Positions 36,705 through 49,765 of a DNA stretch of 64,000 nucleotides are shown here, piece after piece (position 1 is the first letter of the stretch; each line of letters starts with the position of its first letter). Source of the stretch: Octopus sinensis (Eukaryota); the NCBI RefSeq assembly GCF_006345805.1, contig NC_043016.1:11842001-11906000 (forward strand). Direction: 5' to 3'. Position numbers and translations under genes: made by a program. The notes below the pieces were generated by a model. The model was not told where the DNA came from, searched no databases, and saw only the letters and a program-made list of their open reading frames with translations.

Positions 36705-36919
36705 TTTATTTAAAGCAGCAGCAAATTCAACAAAATCTGTTACTCTGAGTTTCTCGTTGCCGTTCATCAGACAAAAACTGTCTGATGAACGGCAACGAGA
36801 AACTCAGAGTAACAGATTTTGTTGAATTTTCTGCTGCTTTAAATAAAGCATATTACTCTACCATTGGTATTTGAGTACTCTTTTTTCTACCTTGTTTCAC
36901 ATTTATGTGTTTACTCTGG
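36704..36919. mobile_element. (TA)n-embedded palindromic element with hammerhead motifs on both strands (family G)
   Basis: 70-bp arms 36704-36773 and 36779-36848 (one mismatch, 5-nt loop); complete motif on plus strand 36778-36815 and its mirror image on minus; unique tail is the reverse complement of 18509-18578. Confidence 0.7.
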
Positions 36920-36943
36920 TATATATATATATATATTATGAAT

Positions 36944-37150
36944 TAGTTGAATAAAGTTACATGGTCTGGTTCTCATATTTTTATTGTATTTACAGAATTT
37001 TTTTTAGTGTTGAAGTATGTTAAACATTACAAAAATATTTTGTAATGTTCATAAAGTTCAAAACACTTCAACACTGTAAAAAATACATTTTTTGTAAATA
37101 TGATAATAAAAAACATGAAAACCAGACCATGTTGTAACTTTATTCAACTG
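36944..37150. mobile_element. Fold-back MITE, Tc1/mariner-like
   Basis: (C/T)AGTTGAATAAAGTTAC...ATGGTCTGGTT arms; whole element is quasi-palindromic around AACATTACAAAA-ATA-TTTTGTAATGTT; AT-rich flanks. Confidence 0.7.
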
Positions 37151-37599
37151 ATATATTATTCTATACACATTTACCACATTTACACAAATTCAGGAATACA
37201 CACACACACACACACACATCATGACAGTGCATGGCTCAGTGATTAGAACATAGAGCTCACAATCGTGAGGTAGTGAGTTTGATTTCTAGACCAGACAGGG
37301 TGTTGTGTTCTTGAGCAATACATTCCACTTCACGTTACTGCAGTTGATTCAGCTGTAGAAATGAGTTGTGACATCACTGGTACCAAGCTGTATCGGCCCT
37401 TTTGCCTTTCCCTTGGATAACATCAGTGATGTGGAGAGGGGGAAGCTGGTATGCATGGATGACTTCAGGTCGTATATAAACAACCTTGCCTGGATTGCAC
37501 CTAGGAGGAGGAAATTTCTAGGTGCAATCCCATGGTTATTCATGACCGAAGGAGCTTTTTACCCTTAATCCTTCATATATACATCTCAAGTGAATGGAA

Positions 37600-38000
37600 C
37601 TTAAGGAAGAGGGAGACCCAAGAAGAGACGGGGTGAAGTACTGATGACCTCAGGACACTGAATCTCACAGAGATGACAAAGGACCGAGATATCTGATACC
37701 TTGCTGTATTCAAGAAGACCTGTCCTCCACAGCAGAAGTGTTAGTGATACATCCCCTGATGAAGAGGAATGGTATGCAAGGGCCATGTTCCAGTGTCACA
37801 TAAAAAGCACTTGTACCGGTGCCATGTAAAAGCCCTCATGCCATTGCCACGTTAAAAACATGCAGCACACTCTGTAAGGTGATTGGCTTTATGAAGGGCA
37901 TCCAACTGTAGAAACCAAGCCAAATTAGACTGGAACCTGGTGCAGCTTTCCAGCTCTAGCCAAACTGTCCATGGACAATGGATATTAAAGGATGATGATG
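37600..38000 (+). mobile_element. RTE LINE 3' end: ORF terminus plus family C 3'UTR
   Basis: GRGRPKK... followed after a frameshift by DLRTLNLTEMTKDRDI, then module-like sequence, GAAGGGCATCCA and (GAT)n. Confidence 0.65.
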
Positions 38001-38952
38001 ATGCACAAGTAGCCTTGTTTATCACTGATTTATTCATCACTGATCCAGTATAACACAGTTTGGTAAATCAGTCAAAGATTTTGCTTCTACTGCAAAACCC
38101 CATCTTAGCAACCTTCCACAATGCTCAGCTACCCAGAATGCACTGATGCACTGACCATTGCTTGTGTTTACATGACCATGCAGCAAGGCTGTGTTTTTTT
38201 GGTTTTTTTTTGTTAATATGTATTTACAGAGTTGTATCCATCAACACAGAACCAGTGAATAGAAAAACGGTCCAAAGGCACTGGATCCAAACAAACAACA
38301 CAGATGAGAGTATATTCTTTATAGGAAATGGTAGAGATGACCAAGGAAATACGCAACGGTGGAAACTCCTCTGCTGTGGGCCACGAGTTTGGTGCCAATG
38401 AATCTAGCATTCCTTCCTTTTACAAACTGGTATGGAGAGAATTCATATGGCACAATGGTTTTATTTTTGCAACTAAACTCACAAACTACACCCAAGTGTT
38501 AATAGCAGTCTTAAACATATATATTTCTTTACTAGCCACAAGGGGCTAAACATAGAGGGAACAAACAAGGACAGACAAAGGGATTAAGTCAATTATATCA
38601 ACCCCAGTGCGTAACTGGTACTTAATTTATCGACCCCGAAAAGATGAAAGGCAAAGTTGACCTCGGCGGAATTTGAACTCAGAACATAACGGCAGACGAA
38701 ATACCGCTAAGCATTTCGCCCGGCGTGCTAACGTTTCTGCCAGCTCGCAGATATATATAAGGTGTTTGCTTGCATGCTTATTTATATGTATATGTATGTC
38801 TGATATGTGTGTATGTGTATACACACACGTTTTTTTTTTTTTTAATATGGAATGAGTTTGTACTCGTTTTGGTTCCATAATTTATCATACGTAGGTGTGA
38901 GTTACGTCCCTTGTCACCTCACTTGGATTTATTCACTTATCCATAAATATAT

Positions 38953-39343
38953 TACTCTCTTTACTATTTTACTTGTTTCAGTCATTTGACTGCGGCCATG
39001 CTGGAGCACCGCTTTAGTCGAGCAAATCGACCCTGGGACTTATTCTTTGTAAGCCCAGTACTTATTCCATCGATCTCTTTTGCCGAACCGCTAAGTGACG
39101 GGGACGTAAACACACCAGCATCGGTTGTCAAGCAATGCTAGGGGGACAAACACACACACACATATATATAAATATACATATATAGGACAGACTTCTTTCA
39201 GTTTCCGTCTACCAAATCCACTCACAAGGCGTTGGTTGGCCCGGGGCTATAGCAGAAGACACTTGCTCAAGATGCCACGCAGTGGGACTGAACCCGGAAC
39301 CATGTGGTTGGGAAGCAAGCTACTTACCACACAGCCACTCCTG
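38953..39343 (-). mobile_element. SINE family A, full length
   Basis: Reverse complement of family A. Confidence 0.85.
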
Positions 39344-39984
39344 TATTATGTATCAAATGTGTGGAAAGAGAGATGCTGGTGTAGTAAGACGTTTGCTTCC
39401 TAATCACATGGTTCTGGGTTCAGTCCCACTGCATAGCACCTTAGGCAAGTGTCTTCTATATAACCCCAAGCCAACCACTAGTTCCAATATCTACCATCAG
39501 GCATCGTTGTTACTCGTGATTCCTGTGATTGTTTTGAATTCAGATTTATTTATGTCTGTTTATTGGCTATTTTCTCATTCTCATTCATTTGTGAATGTTT
39601 TTTTTGCCCCCATGACTCCTAAGAAAATTCATAGTGAAAGTGCTAACTGTCATGCTATAAAGCTGGAAGATAAACTGCCTATGATAAAATGCCATGAAAA
39701 AGGTGAAAAAGTGATAGCGATCTTTTGGGACAAGTTGGGCAACTGTATTGGACAAGATTTTAGCACACATGGTTTTTATTAACCAAGTATTATTGAAAAT
39801 GCATTCGTAAATAAAGTACAGAATTGGGAATGGTTATTATCGGTTTAGCCTAGAGAAAAGTACATTCAGCCTGGCCTAGTATTGCTGCTGTGTTGATCTA
39901 CAGACATTGTGTTCAGACAACCTCCGCATGTACAGCCCTACTTTAACATCCATGTAGGGTGAGGTATGCCTGTGGATGTGTCAT

Positions 39985-40335
39985 CATCATCATCATCATC
40001 ATCATCATTTAGCGTCCGCTTTCCATGCTAGCATGGGTTGGACGGTTCTACTGGGGTCTGTGAAGCCAGAAGGCTGCATCAGGCCCAGGCTGATCTGGCA
40101 GTGTTTCTACGGCGGGATGCCCTTCCTAACGCCAACCACTCCGCGAGTGTAGTGGGTGCATTTTACGTGCCACCCGCACAGGTGCCAGACGGTGCTGGCA
40201 AACGGCCATGAACGGATGGTGCTTTTACGTGCCACCGGCACGGGGGCCAGGCGAGGCTGGCAACAGACACGAACGGATGGTGCTTTTACGTGCCACCGGC
40301 ACGGAGGCCAGTTGGGGCGGCGCTGGCAATGGCCA
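39985..40335 (-). mobile_element. RTE 3'UTR fragment (family C) with three modules
   Basis: (ATC)n tail on plus strand; three TTTTACGTGCCACC units. Confidence 0.75.
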
Positions 40336-41238
40336 CAAACAGATTGTGCTTTTTTTATATACACACACACCTATGTGTTTTTGTGTTTGTCCCCTACCAC
40401 CCCTTTGGTATGTTTATGTCCCTGTAGCAAGAAAACAGTAAGTACCAGATTAAAACAAAAGTACTGGGGTCAATTTACTCAACTCAAGTTCTTCAAGGTG
40501 GTATCCCAGCATGGCCACAGTCTAACAGAGAGAAAAACCATCTAGTGAGGATGGGGTAAGACAAGCAAAAACGTTTGTGAAATGGCTATACTTAACAGAT
40601 ATCCAGAAAGGATTGGGGAAACATGAGGCAAAGATCTATTATTTCAAGATGCAAAAATCTATAAAAAAGATGGGGTTTTATGTAGTCAGTTTCCACTGAT
40701 TGTGTATGAATTTTCTTTTGTGTATGCAAGGGTTTAAGATCTCTGTCTTAGTGTTAAGATATTTATTTCCACAAATCATTTTTAAGATTACACTCTTTGC
40801 TGATATGGAATGCTTCCTACTCTCCAAAACATTCATGCATGGTTTAAACTTTTAGGCAATCTCCCAGTAGAAGTAAAGTTTCTATCATTTTCTTTTAATT
40901 GTAAGATATAGCTTCCAAGTTATGTCATATTCTATTTTTCAGTGTACTCTAAACAAATCACTTTGGTTGATAACTTCTGCTTGAAGTTTTAGGCTGGTGT
41001 TCAGGTTTCCATTCACGTATTTGACCTCTACTTTATAACTGAAGTCCTGGTTTTACTACACGCTCTATTTAGCAGACATGTCACAGATATCTTTCGTGAA
41101 CATCCAGCTTCAACATTAAGGATAGGTTGGCAGGATTCATTTTACATTAGCAGTGTAGTAGTAATAAGTGGTCTTAACTATGTGTCTACTGAACCTTTTA
41201 CCTGGTTTCCAGGAATACTGTGCAAAACCATGCAATAT

Positions 41239-41647
41239 ACTCTTTCTCTCTTTTCTCTTTTACTTGTTTCAGTCAGTTGACTGCGGCCATGCTGGAGCAC
41301 CACCTTTAGTCGAGCAAATCGACCCCTGGACTTATTCTTTGTAAGCCCAGTACTTATTCTATCGGTCTCTTTTGCCGAACCGCTAAGTGACGGGGATGTA
41401 AACACACCAGCATCGGTTGTCAAGCAATGCTCGGGGGACAAACACAGACACACACACACATACACATATATATATACATATATACGACAGGCTCCTTTCA
41501 GTTTCCGTCTACCAAATCCAATCACAAGGCATTGGTCGGCCCGGGGCTATAGCAGAAGACACTTGCCCAAGATGCCATGCAGTGGGACTGAACCCGGAAC
41601 CATGTGGTTGGTTAGCAAGCTACTTACCACACAGCCACTCCAGTGCC
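41239..41647 (-). mobile_element. SINE family A, full length
   Basis: Reverse complement of family A. Confidence 0.85.
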
Positions 41648-42204
41648 TGCATAATATTGTGCCATGTATTATGTAAACAGGCCCCATTTTTGAAGTTGGT
41701 CAATTTGCATATAGTGTGTTAAAAATAGTTTTGCCTTACTTTTTTTATGCAGATTTCTAAAGATTAGATATACTCTGCTTTAGAAGTGTGTTGATTCGCA
41801 CCCATCTGTTAAGTAAAATCATGTTCTTTACTTTGTTTAATTTTCATTGTATAAACATTATATTTTATAAATAGTATAGTATGATATATTCTAAGAATTT
41901 TAAGTAGAATAATAAACATCAAAAAGACTGTACTTTAGAAATATGCTAATGTGAATCTGTTAAGTACAATTTAAATCTCATAATTTTTTTCATGTATTCT
42001 TTTCTTTTACCTGTTTCAGTCATTTGACTGCGGCCATACTGGATCACCCACCTTAAGGATATTTTAGTCAAAGAAAGTGTAAGTCTATTTATGGTATCAG
42101 TCTCTTTTGCCAAACTGTTAAGTTATGGGGGGCATAAACATGCCAACATAAGTTGTCTAGTGATTGGAGGGGGGACAGACACAAAGAACACAAATATATA
42201 TATA

Positions 42205-42445
42205 TATCTAAACATCGCTAAGATAAATATTTCAATTACCTGAAGATTGACTGTAACCATAACTCGAATTATTAAGAATTGGACAGCCATGAAACGATCG
42301 TAGTGTTTTACTCTTTTATTAAACTTTTAATACTCTTGATATATATTTAAAATAATATAAATTAATTAATTTTATGTATTGGCTTAAGTTTTTCATTGTT
42401 TGATTTTCCTAATAGTGGTTTTATCTTTAATTTAATATAATTATA
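42205..42445 (+). mobile_element. (TA)n-flanked element with hammerhead-like motif (family J)
   Basis: 42240-42302: CTGAAGA-T-TGACTGT...ACAGCCAT-GAAAC-GATC-GTA; both ends abut (TA)n. Confidence 0.45.
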
Positions 42446-42461
42446 TATATATATATATATA

Positions 42462-43082
42462 TACTCTTTTTACTCTTTTACTCTTTTACTTGTTTCAGTC
42501 ATTTGACTGCGGTCATGCTGGAGCACCGCCTTTAGTCGAGCAAATCGACCCCGGGACTTATTCTTTTGTAAGCCCAGTACTTATTCTATCGGTCTCTTTT
42601 GCCGAACCGTGACGGGGACATAAACACACCAGCATCGGTTGTCAAGCAATGCTAGGGGGACAAACACAGACACAGACACACAAACATATACACATACACA
42701 CATATATATACATATATACGACAGGCTTCTTTCAGTTTCCGTCTACCAAATCCACTCACAAGGCATTGGTCGGCCTGGGGCTATAGCAGAAGACACTTGC
42801 CCAAGATGCCACGCAGTGGGACTGAACCCGGAACCATGTGGCTGGTTAGCAAGCTACTTACCACACAGCCATTCCTGCGCCTATATATATATATATATAT
42901 ACACACACATAAATATATATATATACAACAGACTTCTTTCAGTTTCCATCTACCAAATCCACTCACAACACTTTTTGTCAGCCTGAAGTTATAGTAGAAG
43001 ACACTTGCCCAAGGTGCCACGCAGTGGGATTGAACCCGGAACCATGTGGCTGGGAAGCAAGCTTCTTACCACACAGTCACAC
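42462..43082 (-). mobile_element. SINE family A full copy (42462-42881) plus adjacent partial copy (about 42925-43082)
   Basis: Two successive family A heads in the same orientation. Confidence 0.8.
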
Positions 43083-45249
43083 CATTTTAAGCACATGTCT
43101 AGACGGTTTCCAGAAAACTGGAAAATTCAGGACACTTCTGATCCCAATCTTGCTGAGTAACTGGTTGGGACTGTATCTGTGTTCTTCCAGGAAACACCTG
43201 CCCATTGAATTCAAGACTTCAGTTTAAATCCATTTTCCATATTCTCCAAGTAGTGTTTACAGCTGGGTGCTCTTCATGATACACACTCTTACTTATTTTC
43301 TACACACCTTCAAAGCAATGAAGCCAAGAATTTATTCACAAGAGGAAAGCTAAGGACACCATGCAGTGACATTCAAATAGGTGAGCAACAGATGTAAACC
43401 TATTTCTTTATTACCCACAAGGGGCTAAACATAGAGGGGACAAACATGGACAGACATAGGTATTAAGTCGATTATATCGACCCCAGTGCTTAACTGGTAC
43501 TTAATTTATCGACCCCGTAAGGATGAAAGGCAAAGTCGACCTCGGCGGAATTTGAACTCAGAATGTAACGGTAGCCGAAATACCTCTAAGCATTTCGCCC
43601 GACGTGCTAACATCAACAGATGTAAACCATCACACAAACACAAGTACACACATGTAGACACACACACATGCATACATACAAGTTTCCTTTTTTAAATTTC
43701 TGATTATCAAATGACAGCAAAGTGTCTGCAAAAAGCTGGACAATTTGAAGACAGGCATATGTAGACGCAGAACAGACATCTATGCATGCTAACTCACATA
43801 CACACACACAAACACAACAGGCTTCTTTTAGTTTCCCTCTACCAAATCCACTCATAAGGCTTTAGTCAGCCCATTTCTATACTACAAGACACTTGCCCAA
43901 GGTGCCATGCAGAGGGACCGAATAGCCTTATTTTACAAATAGTGGTTTTAAATGGGGCTGCTGTCAAATATAAATCTATATATATATCATCATCATCATC
44001 ATCATAATCATTTAACATCTGCCTTCCAGGCTAGCGTGGGTGGGATGGTTTGACAGGAGACAGCCAGACAGAAGCCTGCATCAGATTTCTGTGACTGCTT
44101 TGGCAAGGTTTTTACAGCTAGATGCCCTTCCTAACACTAACCACTCAACAGAGTGGACAGAATGCTTTTTATGTGGCACAAGCACAGGCGAGGTCGGTTT
44201 TGGCAAGGTTTTTACAGCTGGATGCCATTCCAAATGCCAACCACTTTACAGTGTGGACTGGATACTTTAAGTGGCACCTGCACCAAATGCTTATCTTATC
44301 CACCCTCAGTAACAAGAGGATTGTATATGACAATTGCTTCAAAACCTGTGACTTCTCTCCTCCTATATCAATAATTACTGGTACATTGGTTATGCAGGAC
44401 TTTTTATAATTATTCCTGATGTTGTAGTTATCCAAATTCTAAAGATGTAGCTGTTTCTTTACTAGAAACCAATTCCTGCCTTTTAAGAATTCTATTAATA
44501 AAATTTACAAAAACACAAAAATATATATATTTATATTATCACTGTTTTAATATCCACCTTTTCATGTTTACTTAGAACAGATAGTTTCTTTTTCAAGTCA
44601 TGCCAACTTATAAGGGTTGTTTTCCTGGTTTCGGTGGCGTAAATATTCCCCATGCAAACGGGGCGCCGGTTCATTGCAGGATTACTCGTTTTTGCCAGCT
44701 GAATGGACTTGGAGCAATGTGAAATGAAGTGTTTTGCTTGAGAACAATATGTTGCCCGATCCAGGAATCAAAACCACAACCATACAATCAGGAATCCAAA
44801 ACCCTAACCACTAAGCTGTGTGCTCCCACTACATAGAACAGATGGAATTTAAGGCAGATTTTTTTTTTTTGTTTTACAGATGGATGCCCTTCTTGTCAAC
44901 AATCCTTACCTACTTCCCAAGCAAGATACTATTTCAGTATAAGATTGGAAACCAATAACACTGCTTATATAAGAGTCACAAATGTTTACAACTATCATGC
45001 AATGTCAAGACAAGGAGACACAAACTCATAGAAATCAGCATCATAAACATTTCAACATCTGCTTTTCCATGTTTGCATGTATCAAACAAATTGTTGAGGC
45101 AAGTTTTCAACATCTGGACATCTTTGACGCTCTTCCTGTCACCAAACCTCACTTGTTACCAAGCAAAAACATCACTTATATGATGGCAGTGATGCTTGTC
45201 TACAATCACGTCGTGATGTCAAGACAAAGGTACAAACACAAACACACCA

Positions 45250-45642
45250 TGTATGGAGGGAACCTGTGGAAGAAGACATGGGATGCGGTGGTGAAGCATG
45301 ATCTTCGAATGTTGGGTCTCACAGAGGTGATGACAAGCGACTGAGACCTTTGGCAAAATAAGCTGTTCTTGATAAGACTTGCCAAACCAAGTGAAATTGT
45401 AGTCGTGGTCAATTCCAGTGTCACGTAACTGGTTCCTGTGCCGGTGAATCATAAAAACACCCATGCCAATGGCACATTTGTAGTGCCCATTACACTCTTG
45501 AAATAGTCAGCATTAAGAAGGGCATCCAACCGTAAAAATCATGCCAAATGAGACTGGAACTTGGTGCAGCTCTCTAGTTTACCAGCTCCGGTCAAACTGT
45601 CCTAACCCATGCCAGCATGGAAACGAGACGCTAAATAATGAT
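45250..45642 (+). mobile_element. RTE LINE 3' end: ORF terminus plus family C 3'UTR
   Basis: KKTWDAVVKHDLRMLGLTEVMTSD*DLWQ directly followed by the family C UTR; shows that family C is a LINE 3' end. Confidence 0.75.
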
Positions 45643-46555
45643 GTGTGTGTGTGCGTAGAGTGTGTGTTAAATTAAACTTATGGTGAAAGTCAACAAACAA
45701 ATTTTGATTTAGAAGCTTTGAGATGTATTGAAAGACACGGATAAGGAAATAATTTTATTCTCAAACACAGGATAATGCTAATAATTTAGCATGAACAGGA
45801 TAAATTATCCATATTTTGCAGAAAAATCTACCGGTGGCCAAGGTCTTAGTCACCTGTCATCACCTGGATGAGACCCAACATTCAAAGATAGCATTATCTT
45901 GTGTTTAAGAATAAAATTATTCCCTTATCTGTATGTATGTATGTATGGTTGCATCCTTCCTCCCCAGTGTTTGTCGACTGGCAATCTACATGTTGACCTC
46001 AATTATGCCAGTGGCAAGAGGAGAAAAAAAAGCACCCAGTACATACTGTAAAATGGTTGGCAATGGGAAGGACATCCATCCATAGAAACAATGCCAAAGC
46101 AGACACTGGAGATCAATGCAATCCTTCAATTCATTGGATCCTTGCCAAACTCTGTGAAACATGCATAGTAAATGATGATGATGATGATACACATATGACA
46201 GGCTTCTTTCAGTTTCTGTATCTTTTACTCGCTTCAGTCATTTGATTGCAGCCATGCTGGAGCAACGCCTTTAGTTGAGCAAATCGACCACAGGACTTAT
46301 TCTTTGTAAGCTAGTACTTATTCTTTTGCTTGTTAAGATGAAGGTGGCAAGCTGGCCGAATTGTTAACATATCGCGGTTGACTTTGCTTTTTATTCTTTC
46401 AGGGTCAATAAAATAATTACCAGTTGAACACTGGGATTGAGGTGATCGGCTTATCCCTACTCTGAAATTGCTGGCCTTATGCCAAAATTATTATTAAGGC
46501 TTTGAACTGGCAGAATTGTTAGTGGCAAAAAAAAATGGTTTGTGGTCTCTTTTGC

Positions 46556-46800
46556 CGAACCGCTAAGTGACGGGGACGTAAACACACCAGCATCAGTTGT
46601 CAAGCGATGCTGGAGGGACAAACACAGACACACAAACAAATATACATTTATACGACAGGCTTCTTTCAGTTTCTGTCTACCAAATCAACTCACAAAGCTT
46701 TGGTTGGCCTGAGGCTATAGTAGAAGACACTTGCCCAAGGTGCCATGCAGTGGGACTGAACCCGGAACCATGTGGTTGGTAAGCAAGCTACTTACCACAC
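46556..46800 (-). mobile_element. SINE family A split by a degenerate SINE B insertion (about 46340-46530)
   Basis: 3' part of the same SINE A lies at about 46215-46325. Confidence 0.7.
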
Positions 46801-47049
46801 TGTCTAGCACATCTACTCACAAGTCTTTAGTCAGTTAGGGGGTTATAGCGGAAGGCACCACACAGTGGAATTGAACCTTAAATCAGATGGTTGGGAAATA
46901 AACTTCTTAACCACACAGTCATGCAAGCACCTATATATTATTAATTAATAACCCTTCATGTCAAATGCTTGGAAACTGAAAGTTTTAGATCACTGGATGA
47001 CTGCATCTGTGTGTTTCTGAAAAGGGCAGCTTTTAGATAGGATCTAAAT

Positions 47050-47499
47050 TTAATCCTTTTAAGGATTTAAACTGGCCATATTAAGCCCAAATATTCTACT
47101 TGTTTTATGTCCAAACCAGCCATATCCAACCCCTCACACATGCCCTACAATGTCATTCTAAGAATAAACAATCACATCATCATCAAAATCTCAAAAGTTA
47201 TGAGATAACACATGATTGATTGAAAACAATGTGAATAAATAAGGATGACATTTGACAGGAAGCCGAATATTAAAAGAGTTGAATCTTTAGCATTTAAACT
47301 GGCCTGGCCATATCCTAAATATTTTATCTGTCTTACGTTCAAATTGGCCAAATCTGGTCAGCGAGACAAGGTCTTTCTAAAACTAGACAGTCACATCATC
47401 AAAACCTCAAAGCTACAAGATAATGCATGATTAATTGAAAACAGCATGAATAAATAAGCATTGCATTTGACAAGAATAACTGGAATGCTAAATGGTTAA
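47050..47499 (+). mobile_element. Second head-to-tail dimer of piggyBac-type MITE family D
   Basis: TTAATCCTTT start, junction AAAGAG-TTGA-ATCTTTAGC at about 47273-47291, end ATGGTTAA. Confidence 0.7.
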
Positions 47500-48864
47500 A
47501 CATTAGCCATTTACATGTGATAAGATGCATAAATTCGGAATTAGTTCTGCTTCACACGTGCAAGGGATTCTAGTTTGGAAACGTTTTGCTTAGCACCAAA
47601 ACAAATCTATTATATTTTTGCTTCACCTGAGTACCCACCTAAAAGCTGCGAAAAGTCCACTTTACACCTAGTTACATCTTTACCATTATTTAAAACCTGT
47701 AGCAATATTTCCAAATATCTTTTCATCTTTTACCATTTACTTGTTTCAGTCATTAGACTGCGGCCATACTGGAGCACCATCTTGAATTTTTAATTGAATG
47801 AATTGACCCCAGGGCTTACTTTCTCATAAGTCTGGTACTTATTCTGTCAGTCTATTTTGCTGAACCACTAAGTTACAGGGACATAAACACACCAACACCA
47901 GTTGTCAAGCGGCAGTAAGGAACAAACACACACACATACGATAGGCTTCTTTCAGTTTCTGTTTAACAGATCCACTCACAAGGTTTTGGTCAGCCTGAAG
48001 CTATAGTAGAAGACACTTGCCCAAGGTACCAAAGGTACCACAGTGAAACTGAACTCAGGACCATGCAGCAGACTCCAGTCTGATTTGGCATGGTTTCTAT
48101 GGCTGGATACCCTTCCTAATACCAACTACTCTAAGATGCCAGTTATATAACACCGGCATTGGCCACGACAGCACTCACACTTGTCTTGACAAGTCTTCTT
48201 AAGTATAGTACATCACCAAAGGTCTTGGTCACTTGTTACTGCTTCCTTGAGGCCCAACACTCAAACGGCACTTTTTATGTGCCACAGGCACAGGTGCCAG
48301 TTACATGACACTGCATTGGCCACGACTACAATTTCACTTGGCTTGACAGGTCTTCTCAAGCACAACAATCCCACCCAATGTTTGAAGGGTCCTTTTTACA
48401 TGAAGAATTGATTTAAAATTTTGTCAAAACATTGACCCCATTGCTCGACTGGTAAATATTTTATCGACCCCGAAAGGATGAAAGAAAGGCAAGGTTGACA
48501 TCAGAGGAATTTGAACCCACAACATAAAAAACAGACGAAATACCACTAAGCATTTTGCCTGGGGTGCTAACAATTCTGCCAGTTCACTGCCTTATTTGTA
48601 TTGATAAATATTAACAGACAAGAATATGATAAAGAATCTGCATGGTTCAGTGGTTAGGGTGTTGCCTTTACAATTGCTAGATTATGGTTTTAACTGCTGA
48701 ACAAAGCAGAAATTTGAGCTTTTGGACAAAATACGGTGTTGCTATAGTATGATAACTACCTTGCTATTTGCGACCGACTGCAAATGACAATGCACTCTAC
48801 AAAACAACCCACTTAAGGCCTTCAGCAAATTAATTCCAGCCCATTTAGTTGTTCACACTAGCAC

Positions 48865-48972
48865 CATGCTGGCCGGTGACTTTTACAAAATAATCTCAAG
48901 TGAAGAAGAAGCAGTGGCCTTTTCGAGAGAGCAAAATCTTATCGACCGGGTACAAAATGCTCAGGAAAAATG
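48865..48972 (+). mobile_element. Possible Merlin/ISXO2-like transposase N-terminal remnant
   Basis: MLAGDFYKIISSEEEAVAFSREQNLID resembles the 'F..I.SEE.A..FL.E.NL' start of such transposases; short, recalled similarity only. Confidence 0.25.
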
Positions 48973-49049
48973 ATGACCTGTACACTGCTTTTTTAAATGA
49001 TATCAGATCAGTTTACAAACATTAAAATCAAAATTATTTTCTATTCTGT

Positions 49050-49262
49050 TCGTGGCCGTTTGCCAGCTCCATCTGGCACCTGTGCGGGTGGCACGTAAAA
49101 AGCACCCACTACACTCACGGAGTGGTTGGCGTTAGGAAGGGCATCCAGCCGTAGAAACACTGCCAGATCTGACTGGAGCCTGGAGCAGCCTTCTGGCTTC
49201 ACAGTTGAACCGTCCAACCCATGCTAGCATGGAAAGCGGACGCTAAATGATGATGATGATGA
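49050..49262 (+). mobile_element. RTE 3'UTR fragment (family C)
   Basis: Module, conserved body and (GAT)n. Confidence 0.75.
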
Positions 49263-49416
49263 ATAAGGTGATAATGATTTTTGATAAATTTTACACTACA
49301 AACTGTTTATTATGTTCCTTTCCATTTGTAGAATAAATGTTTGGCAATTTTTAACACATATACTATCTACAATTGGTGGATATCATACTATTTAATTCCT
49401 TTTATTTTTATTTGCT

Positions 49417-49765
49417 TGTCATTTGACTGTGGCCACGCTGGAGCACCGCCTTTAGTTGAAAAAATCGACCTCAGGGTTTTTTGTAAGCCTAGTACTTATT
49501 CTATCGCCTCTTTTTGCCAAACTGCTAAGTTATGGAGATGTAAACACATCAACATTGGTTGTCAAACGATGGTTGGAGGGGGACAAACACATACATATAT
49601 ATATACGACAGGCTTCTTTCAGTTTCCCTCTACCAAATCCACTCACAAGGGTTTGGTTGGTCCAAGGCTATAGTAGAAGACACCTGCCTAAGGTGCCACG
49701 AGTATGATCAAACCGGGAACCATGTGGTTGGTAAGCAAGCTACTTACCACACAGCCACTCCTGCA
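49417..49765 (-). mobile_element. SINE family A, diverged
   Basis: Reverse complement of family A. Confidence 0.75.
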
